A stretch of DNA of 64,000 nucleotides from the NCBI RefSeq assembly GCF_006345805.1, contig NC_043003.1, positions 3,224,001 to 3,288,000 of the forward strand, read 5' to 3'. This document shows, piece by piece, positions 54,028-64,000 of the stretch. A model generated the notes under the pieces. It ran no database searches, was not told where the DNA came from, and saw only the letters and a program-made list of their open reading frames with translations. A program made the position numbers and the translations under genes. Position 1 is the first letter of the stretch. Each line of letters begins with the position of its first letter. This DNA is from Octopus sinensis (lineage: Eukaryota).

Positions 54028-55452
54028 TCATCATCATCATCTTCATTGTTTAACATCTGCCTTCCATGGGTTGGACGGTTTGACTGAGGGCTGGCAAGCC
54101 AGAAGGCTGTACCAGGCTCCAATCTGATCTGGCAAGGTTTCTACAGCTGGATGCCCTTCCTAGTACCAACCACTCCGAGAGTGTAGTGGATGCTTTTTAT
54201 GTGCCACTTGCATGAGGGCCAATCAGGCAGTACTGGCATTGGCCATGCTTGAATGGTGCTTTTTACATGCCACCAGCCCAGGAACCAGACAGGTGGCACT
54301 GGCAACGACCATGCTCGAATGGTGCTTTTTCATGCCATCAGCATGAAAGCCAGTCAGGCAGTACTGGCATTGGCCATGACAATGATTTCACTTGAATCCA
54401 CAAGTCTTCTCATGCACAGTTCATTACCCAATGATTGAAGGGTACCCTTAAATGGGCCGGTTATGTTACACTGGTATAAGCCACGGTTACAGTTTCACTT
54501 GGTTTGCCAGGTTTTCTCAATCACAGTATATCTCCAAAGGTCTCGGTCGCTTGTCATTGCCTCTGTGAGGCCCAACGTTCAAAGGTCGTGTTTCACCACT
54601 TCATCCCAGGTCTTCCTGGGTCTATCTCTTCCACAGGTTCCCTCTTTTTCACATAACTGTCCTCATCCATATGCAACAATGACCATACCAGCACAGTCGT
54701 CTCTCTTGCACACCACATCTGATGCTTCTTATGTTCAACTTTTCTCTCAGGGTACTTACACTGTCGTGTATGCACACTGACATTACACATCCAGTGAAGC
54801 ATACTAGCTTCATTTCTCCTCAGCAATCACAGTCCATGTTTCACTGCTGTGTAGCATGGCTGTTCGCACACATGCATCATACAGTCTACATTTCACTCTG
54901 AGTGAGAGGCCCTTTGTTGCCAACTGAAGTAGGAGCTCTCTGAAATTTACCCAGGTTATTCTTATTCTAGCAGCTACACTCTCAGAGCATCCACCCCCGC
55001 TACAGACTTGGTCACCTAGGTAATGGAAGCTATCAACTACTTCTAATTTTTCCACCTGACATGTGACGGAAGCTGTTCTCTGCACATTTTCTGTGTTTAT
55101 AGCACTTGTGCATCTGCCACACTCAAAAACTATCTTCCCGGTTAACCTTCCTTTGATATTGCTGCACTTCTCATGTGTCCATAGCTTACACCAGTACATC
55201 TTATGGAGTTTCTACCTACACCTTTTCTACAGATCGAGCAGGGCCATCTACCTGAAGGGATTTGTGATCTGTCTGACTTCCTACTTACTAAGACTTTGGT
55301 TTTTGCTAGATTGACTCTAAGGTCCTTCCACACCTGGAACTTCTCTAGTTCTGATAGTGACTCAGCTATTAGAGGAAGGTCATCAGCAAAGAGGAGCTCC
55401 CAGGGGCATCCTGTCTTGAATTCCTCTGTTATTGTTTGGAGGACTATGATGA
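54028..55452 (-). mobile_element. Older 5'-truncated RTE LINE (RT C-terminus + PHD + 3' UTR)
   Basis: ELLFADDL, WPCSICRKGVGRNSI, CKLWTHEKC, FECGRC; colinear with 39601-41420 but with deletions. Confidence 0.92.
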
Positions 55453-55469
55453 ATGGAACCCCTATCTTG

Positions 55470-55865
55470 CTCAGCATATAAATCTCCTGGAAACTGTTCA
55501 GAAACGTGCAACAAAGCAAATACCCGCTGTCACACATTTACCATACTCTGAATGTCTTGCTCCCCTGGGCATGGATACATTGAAGCTCCAACGTCTGGTA
55601 AAATGACTTGGTAGGCACCCGCAAGATTATCCACCATCTTTCCAACAACAACCTTGGGCACCTTTTTAAATTCCATATGACAAACATTCACAGACATGCT
55701 TATAAAATCAGAAAACAACACGGCACCCATGACTTCTGGAAACATTTTTTCATGCTCGGAATTGCTGAAGCATGGAATAAACTACCTACATCAGTTGTTA
55801 GCTGTTGAAGCACTGCATCCTTCAAAACTTCCATGCTTCCTGAAATCTGCCAACAGTACACCCGA
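55470..55865 (+). mobile_element. CR1/L2-group LINE 3' fragment
   Basis: HRHAYKIRKQHGTHDFWKHFF...EAWNKLPTSVV...ASFK. Confidence 0.75.
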
Positions 55866-55883
55866 TGGTTCCTTTTTTTTTCT

Positions 55884-56185
55884 GCACGTAAAAAGCACCA
55901 TCCGATCGTGGCCGTTGCCAGCCTCGCCTGGCCCCCCTGCTGGTGGCACGTAAAAAGCACCATCCGTCCGTGGCTGTTTTCCAGCTCCGTCTGGCACCTG
56001 TGCGGGTGGCATGTAAAAAGCACCCACTACACTCACGGAGTGGTTGGCGTTAGGAAGGGCATCCAGCCATAGAAACACTGCCAGATCAGACTGGGCCTGA
56101 TGCAGCCTTCTGGCTTCACAGACCCCAGTTGAACCATCCAACCCATGCTAGCATGGAAAGCGGACGCTAAATGATGATGATGATG
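55884..56185 (+). mobile_element. RTE 3' UTR fragment with (GAT)n tail
   Basis: Same family as 29491-30168. Confidence 0.88.
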
Positions 56186-57559
56186 TAGTGCCCTGGACAC
56201 TGTATATAACAATTTCCTTCATCATTACACATAACAGAGGAAAATTTATACAGGGAGTACTATGGATTTTTTAAATAGATATAGGGGATACAAGAATTCA
56301 TTTATTCACCCTGATGCAAAAAATTCCACGATATTAGCATCATCTCAAAGAGTCTGACATTGAGTATAATTTAAGGTGATCAATACTTACTGAATCAATA
56401 CCATATAACACACATAAAGGAATTGAAAAGTATACTATATGCTAGTAATAGCAATAAAAGTATATTATTAAATAAAATTACAGACGTTTTAGTACATTGT
56501 AAGCATAAATATTTAGTAACTTTTAAATTTTTCAAACCTTAAAATCTTTAAACTTAGAAATTTTAAATAAATAAAATTTTTTAAATACAACCTGGATTAG
56601 ATCCAACGAACTCTTACGTACAAATCTTTAAGCTTAAATTATTTCTCTGTTATAGTAGTATGGATAAAAAAATATCAGAACTGAATGGAATATTCCAATA
56701 GGCTATCATTTACATGATAAACTAAAATCAACTTGTCAACCCCTTTTTAATTCTTGTATAGAAACCGTTCTATTTTCTTATTCTTTGGTTTGTCCCATTT
56801 ATTTTGGCTTTTTGGGGTGAGGGTAAGGGTGGGGGTTTAATTAATTCATTGACACTGAAAAACTGTACTTTCAATAGCTGAACTTTCCCAAAGTAGTGCT
56901 TTATCTGATTTTACTGGATTTTACCTTGAGAATGGAACCCTGAAGAAGGAAATGTTTTTACACAGGGAGCTGAATTTGGACTATTCCCTACAGCCCCTTA
57001 AAACTTTTCTGAAACAGCCATAGGTATGGACTGATACTTTTTAATCATCTCCTTTAATATACTTTCTACTTTCATGGTACCCCTTGTTAAAGTTTCATGT
57101 TTTTTATATGTTTATTTCTTATTTTTTATGCTTTTTATTTATATATTTTTCATTTTTATGTTTATATTTTTATATTTCTATACTCTTAGTATCAAACTCT
57201 TAATATAATTATGTGGATATTTGTATGGAATAATGTCTTTTGTCACACATCGAAATTGTGAATTTGCTCATCTGAATGTTTAAGACAATTATTTGAAATT
57301 TTTATTGCATACTAAATTTTATTTATATATATACATACACATGTTTGTGTTGACTTTCTGTGCAAGATTTTATGGTCGTTAGTCAATGTAATATCACCCA
57401 CCCCACTTCTGTTCCCACTCAATGGTACCCCACACACTGTTCAATATTTGGTGCAAGATTTTCTATCCATTTCTCCGTCCTTCTCCTCTCCCTTCTTGTG
57501 CCCAAAACCTTTCCTGTCTATTTCTATCTGCTGCTGTCTTTCCCTTTTTATTGCCTTCT

Positions 57560-58098
57560 ATTTCTTCACATTATTACATATTACTCTACATTAATGCAAA
57601 AAATATTCTGTTAATTGACCATCTTCAAAATGATCACACCATCAATGAAAGTCCAATGCCAACTGGCTGAGGCAGTTATGAAAGGCTATCAAGACCAAAC
57701 ACTCAGAAAAACTGATGAATGGGGTCTGGTTTCATTAGGACAATGCTTCAGCACACAAGTCCTTGGTATCAATGGTTGTCATGCATGACTGCCTTTGAAC
57801 TGGTTGACCACCCATCCTTATGTTAGTGATTTGGTTCCACCTGGTTATCATCTGTCTCCCAACATAGGAAAACACTCAGCTGGACACCAGTATCACAGTG
57901 ATGATGATGTCTTATCTGCTGTTGATGACCATTTTGACCAACAGAATAGCTTCTTCCCCAGTGCAATCCAAGCACTGCAACAAATTAGGGAAGTGTGTGG
58001 ACAGTAAGAGAGGAACTAAGTTTAAAAAGGAACTTCATTTGGTCCCATTCCACGAGAGTGTCTTGCTCAGCCTATGAACATTTCAGCAGACCCTCATA
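57560..58098 (+). mobile_element. Decayed mariner transposase 3' part
   Basis: GVWFH*DNASAH...ELVDHP...DLVPPGYHL...DDDV correspond to mariner HDNARPH / HPPYSPDLAPSDYHLF. Confidence 0.7.
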
Positions 58099-58433
58099 AT
58101 AACAAAAATTATTACACCTGTATTTGTTTTAATGTTAACTTTGAAGAAATCCACATTTTTCATTAAAAAAATTTGGACCTAGGTTTGCACCTTCAAAACA
58201 AATTTTGTTGCTGGGCCACTGATATCTGTATATATATTCCGTACATCAAGCACAAAGAGTTTTATCTGTTTACTTGCAGCATTGTATCCATATCTGTTCA
58301 CTTGGATTCCACTTTTAGCCACTCTAATCCCACTGATTTAATCTTAAAGTTTAGGAGTATAAGCTCAAATCTTTTGAGCACAACTCTCTCTCTTTCTCTG
58401 TCTATCTATATCTATCTATCTATCTATCTATCT

Positions 58434-59429
58434 GACGACGAGCTCGGGGCGAACCTGGACGTCGACGAGGAGTACCTGACCCGCCTGTTCGGGACGACTT
58501 TCGGGCCAGGGCCCATGGACAACTTCCAGAGATCCCTGGCCTGGCAGTGCTACCGAGAAGCGCTACCCGTTCGGGATAAGCTCTACAGACACGGCTCGAG
58601 AAACACGGGGCCGACCTGCCCGAGATGCGGTCAGAGCGACGAAACCGTTCTGCACGCACTCGTTCAGTGTCCAACAATTTCCGACCTGTGGGCTTATGTC
58701 GAACAACTGCTGTCACGTGTGGGACGAGTCGGTTTATCAGCTGAGTCTATCGTCATATTGTCACGCCTCCTTCCTTCAAACGGGAAGGAAGAGCTATTTT
58801 CATCATCCTTGTGGCTATGGCGAAAGAATGTATCTGGTGGACGCGTCTGAAAGGATTGGAGACAAACACTTCCTCTCTGGTCAATCTCTCATCAACTTCT
58901 TCAAGTACCACTTGAAAAGGAAAGTGAGAGTAGAGAGGCAAGTTTTGTCTAGCGAATGTTTTAAAAAAAGATGGGTGAATGTAGCAAGAATGGCACGTAT
59001 GAATGACGAAGCCACCTTGAGCATAGTCCTATGAACCCAGAAATCGAAAACAGAGAGTTGCTTATTTGCAAAAAAAAAAAAAAAAAAAAAAAAAGAAATA
59101 TAATGTGACTTCATTGACCGAGGTTACCATGGTCTTTTCCGCAGGCTTTTCTTTCCACGGGTAAACCTCACCTGTCCTCCCCTTTACACTTCATATTGAC
59201 ATTTCTGTGATAACGATCCCTATTGATCATTTTTTTTCCTCTCCCCCCCTTTTTTTTTTTTTTTTTTTAACCCCCCTTATTTTTGTCCTCTTTCTCTCCT
59301 TTTTACGATCCCTTTTGATCGAACCTCCCCCTTCCTTTTTTTTTTTTTTTTTTTTAATACCTTCAAAAGAAAAGCTCTACCTTGTAATTTGTTCTATCTG
59401 TGTGCAGCCCTGTGTGGCTAATAAAGAAA
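58434..59429 (+). mobile_element. Tx1/L1-clade LINE 3' fragment inserted in a (TATC)n tract
   Basis: zf-RVT-like SLAWQCYREALPVRDKL...CPRCGQSDETVLHALVQCP; pyrimidine-rich 3' UTR ending in AATAAAGAAA; TATC repeats on both sides. Confidence 0.85.
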
Positions 59430-59685
59430 CATATCTCTATATCTATCTATCCCTGTCTGTCTATCTATCTATCTATCCCTGTCTGTCTATCTATCTATCT
59501 ATCTCTGTCTATATCTATCTATCTGTCTATATCTATCTATCTATCTCTGTCTATATCTATCTATCTATCTCTGTCTATATCTATCTATCTATCTCTGTCT
59601 ATATCTATCTATCTATCTGTCTATATCTATCTATCTATCTCTGTCTATATCTATCTATCTATCTATCTTTCTATCTATATCCATC
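59430..59685. repeat. (TATC)n-derived microsatellite
   Basis: Direct reading of the sequence. Confidence 0.95.
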
Positions 59686-59825
59686 CGTCCGTTTTGCAAG
59701 AAACTTGATGTGAACTAGTGTGTTGAAACAGATCTTGTTGTATTTGGTGGGGATGGTCATGTTGCCAGTTTAGCCAATAAAAACACGCGCGTATTTAGTG
59801 TTTACTTGCTTCAGCTTTATTTTAT

Positions 59826-59869
59826 CGGCCAGAGTTCTTTCGCCACTCCTGTGACCTCATCAGTGGTCC
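59826..59869 (-). ncRNA. Type I hammerhead ribozyme (slightly decayed) in a PLE-like remnant (~59700-60450)
   Basis: Minus strand ggacca-CTGATGA-g-gtcac(agga)gtggc-GAAA-gaac-TC-tggcc. Confidence 0.65.
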
Positions 59870-60738
59870 TTTGCTTTCTTCTTTCGTTTTTGTCTCTCCT
59901 TACTAACGATCTGCCATTCTGTACTCCTGTTGGATGTGTCTTATATATATAAGTGAAAAAACGTAGCAAATACACAAACGAAAAGAAGTAAACAATGTGT
60001 GTAGAAACGGACGGAAGACAGAGAGAGAGAGAAGGTCCCTAATTCCATTGGATTCATCTGTCCTTTGACAGTTGTTTTTGCCCTGCTGGGTTTCCAGAAA
60101 CTCAACTTGCAAGGCAATCTTGGTGGGTGAGCCAATCTAGTCGCCAGTGGTGGCTTGACCACACAACAGATTGTAACAGAGAGAGAGAGAAGGTCCCTAC
60201 CAGATGGTATTACTCAGCTACGCACCATTAATGGTAAGACCGAGAGGCTTCCCATGCTGGCAGTGACCGCGAAAGTTGCGGAGAATTTAGGGCCGAGAGC
60301 AAACGTTATATGGACAACAAGCGATACAGAAAAGTGGACATAGGAAAGGGAATGAATGTAATTTGAGACGATGGACGAAGGTCAAAGATGAAATGATTAA
60401 GAAACAGAATACAGCCTGAGGGTGAAAAAAAAAAAAAAAGAAAACCTGAATGCTGGGTAATGCTTAGAGGGCTAATCTTAAAGGATTAGAAAGGTGAGAG
60501 AAAAACAAAACGGGTACCAGTGGGACACGGAGAATTTAGGACGGGTCAGCTACACGACCGGTGCAAATATATATCCGTGCGACTCTCCTTCTAGCCTTTC
60601 CTCTTTGTCATTTTCTCCCCCCCCCTGTATTTCTAGCTTTTTCTTTCTCTTTGTCCTTTCCCTTTTCTTTGTCGCCCTCTTTCACCTCTACCTGCTGCTA
60701 CACATGACCTGTGGCCAGCCTTTCTTTCTCACCCTCAC

Positions 60739-60769
<31 letters not shown>

Positions 60770-60771
60770 CA

Positions 60772-61172
60772 TAGGCGCAGGAGTGGCTGTGTGGTAAGTA
60801 GCTTGCTTACCAACCACATGGTTCCGGGTTCAGTCCCACTGCGTAGCATCTTGGGCAAGTGTCTTCTACTATAGCCTCGGGCCGACCAAAGCCTTGTGAG
60901 TGGATTTGGTAGACGGAAACTGAAAGAAGCTCGTCGTATATATGTATGTATATATATATGTGTGTGTGTATGTTTGTCCACCTAACATTGCTTGACAACC
61001 GATGCTGGTGTGTTTATGTCCCCGTCACATAGCGGTTCGGCAAAAGAGACCGATAGAATAAGTACTGGGCTTACAAAGAATAAGTCCTGGGGTCGATTTG
61101 CTCGACTAAAGGCGGTGCTCCAGCATGGCCGCAGTCAAATGACTGAAACAAGTAAAAAAGTAAAAGAGTAAG
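60772..61172 (+). mobile_element. Family A tRNA-derived SINE, complete
   Basis: A box TGGCTGTGTGG, B box GGTTCAGTCC, CORE-like cttgggcaagt, internal TA/TG tract, (AAGAGT)n tail. Confidence 0.92.
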
Positions 61173-61219
61173 AGTATACACACACACTGACATCGATCAC
61201 GTTCAGATGTGCTTTTTAT

Positions 61220-61711
61220 GTGCCACCAGCACTTTATTTCTTGTGTTCCTCTGCTCTCTTCAGGACGATTGGCTGAGTGGGGCCCTGAATTAATGGATTC
61301 AATTTACAGCCAGAGTTTACCCCTTTATCCTATGTCTCTTGCTTGCTCTCACAAACAGAAATACTTTATGCTTAGACTTATCCTTCCACTCTTCTTACTT
61401 TCCAAAGCTGCTGAGCCTGATTCTTTATAGTTATACAACTGATGCAGTCGTGAATACACCTCATGACACATTTTAACAAAAACTAGGCGGTGTCCCACAC
61501 CCAGTGATCTGGCAGCATGCCTGGAACTAACCCACAACTTCCAAGTTACCATACTATTGTTTGTTGGTCATTGACCTTACATTGGATTCATTTGTCCTTT
61601 GACAGTTGTTTTTGCCCTGCTGGGTTTCCAGAAACTCCCTTGCAAGGCAATCTTGGTGCGTGAGCCAAACTAGTCGCCAGTGGTGGCTTGACCACACAAC
61701 AGATTGTAACA
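61220..61711 (-). mobile_element. Putative solo LTR
   Basis: Minus strand starts TGTTACAATCTG, with AATAAA near 61235; its first ~132 bp are duplicated at 60046-60178. Confidence 0.4.
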
Positions 61712-62299
61712 AACATGTTTCTAGTTGCACTCATGAGCAGCCTGACATAACTCTACACTTCAACACCGTACAGGGTGAACTTGTCTACTCTGGAGAGAAC
61801 CTGCCCAGAGCTGGTGTGTGACCCTTTTTAAGGATGCCTCAAAGAGCTTCATCTTCAACTTGCCAGTCAATGGTTAGGTGCATTTAAAGGCTGGTCCTTA
61901 GAATTACAGGTACTACTTGATTTTACCAGGTGAGTGAACTGGAGCAACGTGAAAGTCATGGTCAAGGACACAATACACCATTGGAAATTGAACTCCTGGC
62001 CTTAGGATTGTGAGCCGAACACCCTAACCACTAAGCCAAGTGTCTTCACCGATTGGAAGAAGAGCCAAAGTTATCCTCAAACCAGAGATTGATGTGAATA
62101 CCTGCGGCAGAGTGAACTCTGCTAAAGACACCCAAGGATCAGGTAATAGTGTTAGGAATGGATGACAGATTAGATCTAACATCCCAAAACTCAAAATCCA
62201 ATAATCTGGGGCAAATTACCATTAAGTGTCTTCTCTGACAATCGAATAATCTAACTGGACTGGTTTATTTATGGTTTCCAGGATCTCTGGAGTAATGTT

Positions 62300-62668
62300 A
62301 GGTGCAGGAGTGGCTGTGTGGTAAGTACCTTGCTTACTAACCACATGATCCTGGGTTCAGTCCCACTGCGTGGCACCTTAGGCAAGTGTCTTCTACTACA
62401 GCCTTGGGCTGACCAAAGCCTTGTGAGTGGATTTGGTAGATGGAAACTGAAAGAAGCCTGTCGTATGCGTGTGTGTATTAGTCCCTCCCCTGTCACTTGA
62501 CAACCGAATGCTGGTGCGTTTATGTCCCTGTAACTTAGTGGTTCAGCAAAAGAAACTGATAGAATAAGTACTTGGCTTACAAAGAATAAGTCCTGGGGTC
62601 AATTTTCTCGACTAAAGGTAGTGCTCCAGCATGGCCTCAGTCAAATGACTGAAACAAGTAAAAGAGTA
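62300..62668 (+). mobile_element. Family A SINE
   Basis: Matches 60772-61172. Confidence 0.9.
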
Positions 62669-62719
62669 ACAGGAGGCATAACTTGGCAATCGGGGAGTCT
62701 CTGCAGGTCACGCTCTGCC

Positions 62720-62995
62720 ATTTTTTCCTGCATTGAGAGGTCACAGCTCTGGTGCCATGTGATTTGAATGTTGCCAGAAAGAATTGGTGGACGAAGTTTT
62801 GAAGCTGAGCCAAGCAGAAGGAGATCTAAGGATAGACTAAGACTGGGATGGTTGGATGACATCCATAGTCTCAGTTGGTCATTGTTGGGAATCCGGCCAG
62901 AAACTGGAATGGCAGTTGCTTCTGAAAGGACTGTGTGGGGGAGGTGTCTGACGACCTTCCAGGAATGGAGGGTGAATGGTTGGACGGATCATTAG
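62720..62995 (+). mobile_element. RTE-clade (Rex3/Expander-like) 3' fragment
   Basis: MLPERIG...WLDDIHSLSWSLLGIRPE...VASERTVW. Confidence 0.65.
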
Positions 62996-63789
62996 AGGAG
63001 GTGTTTTCGGCCAGTGGTCAATGCTGCAATGCCACTACATCTTCATTTGGTTTGAACCCTTTGAAAGGTCGATAATTTAGAGAAAATTTAGCTGTATTGT
63101 TTTCCTCAGTCTGTTTAACCATGATTAACCAAAACTACTACTAAATGTAGTCCCCAACTGGGACCCTACTATCTTTCCCTCTTTTACCATTTCCTTGTTT
63201 TAGTCATTGGACTAGGCCATGCTGGGGCACCACTGAGACAGCTCCAGTTGTCTCAACACAAAACATTATTGTCATCCAATCAATGGACACGATTCTATCA
63301 TGTGACATTCTTCGCTCCCACATCATTTATTATTTAAGCTTATGGGGAGAATTCACAAAAAAAAAACAAAAGATGAAGACAGGTGGTGATGGAGTCTACC
63401 AGGTGACATTAGACATGCATTGACTCATTGTTGTGGATTTGCTCCTTTTGCTTTGGCACACTGTGGCACAGATGGTTCATTCTGGATTCTGGGCAACCGA
63501 GGTTTCAGTTTGCCATTTTGCACTTTGCTTTGGAATTGAAGCAAGGTTTTTCTTCGTTTGTAAATAAAGTTATTACCTGAACACAATATTATTCGTCTAA
63601 CATTATAACAACCATCTTGAAAGATTTAGCCAGATAAACCACTCTCAGTACTTAATCTATCAGTCTCCTAGTCTAGCTAGTTTGTTTTCAGAACATCCAA
63701 CACTTCTAACCAGGTTGCCAAGGTAACAGAAGCTATCAACTATTATGGCATCTTTCCAAACATTTGGAAGAATTTATTTCACTGATCAG

Positions 63790-63830
<41 letters not shown>

Positions 63831-63832
<2 letters not shown>

Positions 63833-64000
63833 AGGCGCAATGGCCCAGTGGTTAGGGCAGTGGATTTGCAGTCATAGGATCGCAGTTTCGATTCCCAGAC
63901 TGGGCACTGTGAGTGTTTATTGAGCGAAAACACCTAAAGTTCCACGAGGCTCTGGCATGGGGTGGTGGTGAACCCTGCTGTACTCTTTCACCACAACTTT
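63831..64000 (+). mobile_element. tRNA-derived SINE, family C (cut by window end)
   Basis: ggaggcgcaaTGGCCCAGTGGttagggc...GTTTCGATTCC A/B boxes after (TG)n. Confidence 0.8.

Noticed and set aside
63387-63610. TG...AATAAA...CA segment as a solo LTR
   Set aside because: No target-site duplication or second copy in the window to support it.

Overview
Repeat-dominated eukaryotic genomic DNA. The SINE/LINE families and (TA)n/(TATC)n tracts look like those of an octopus or other coleoid cephalopod; this is recognition from memory, not a database result. One host gene is visible on the minus strand and runs off the left end: exon 1 (hydrophobic leader + PAN/Apple domain, 47987-47658), a ~40.5 kb intron, a short 4-Cys EGF-like exon (7141-7054) and two phase 1-1 Sushi/CCP exons (5413-5234, 796-593), with mutually compatible splice phases. 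The long intron holds a ~16 kb ACC-rich minisatellite of 81- and 45-bp units (with a 100-N gap) that reads like a Thr-rich mucin on the + strand, a ~2.3 kb unit repeated three times, a near full-length RTE LINE with a PHD finger, and many SINEs, MITEs and LINE fragments. The most notable unannotated signal is a set of minimal type I hammerhead ribozymes: six motifs in four sequence families, including a U3-A8 compensatory core variant and one carried by a tRNA-headed, SINE-like foldback element. Most ORFs in the supplied track are low-complexity artefacts.
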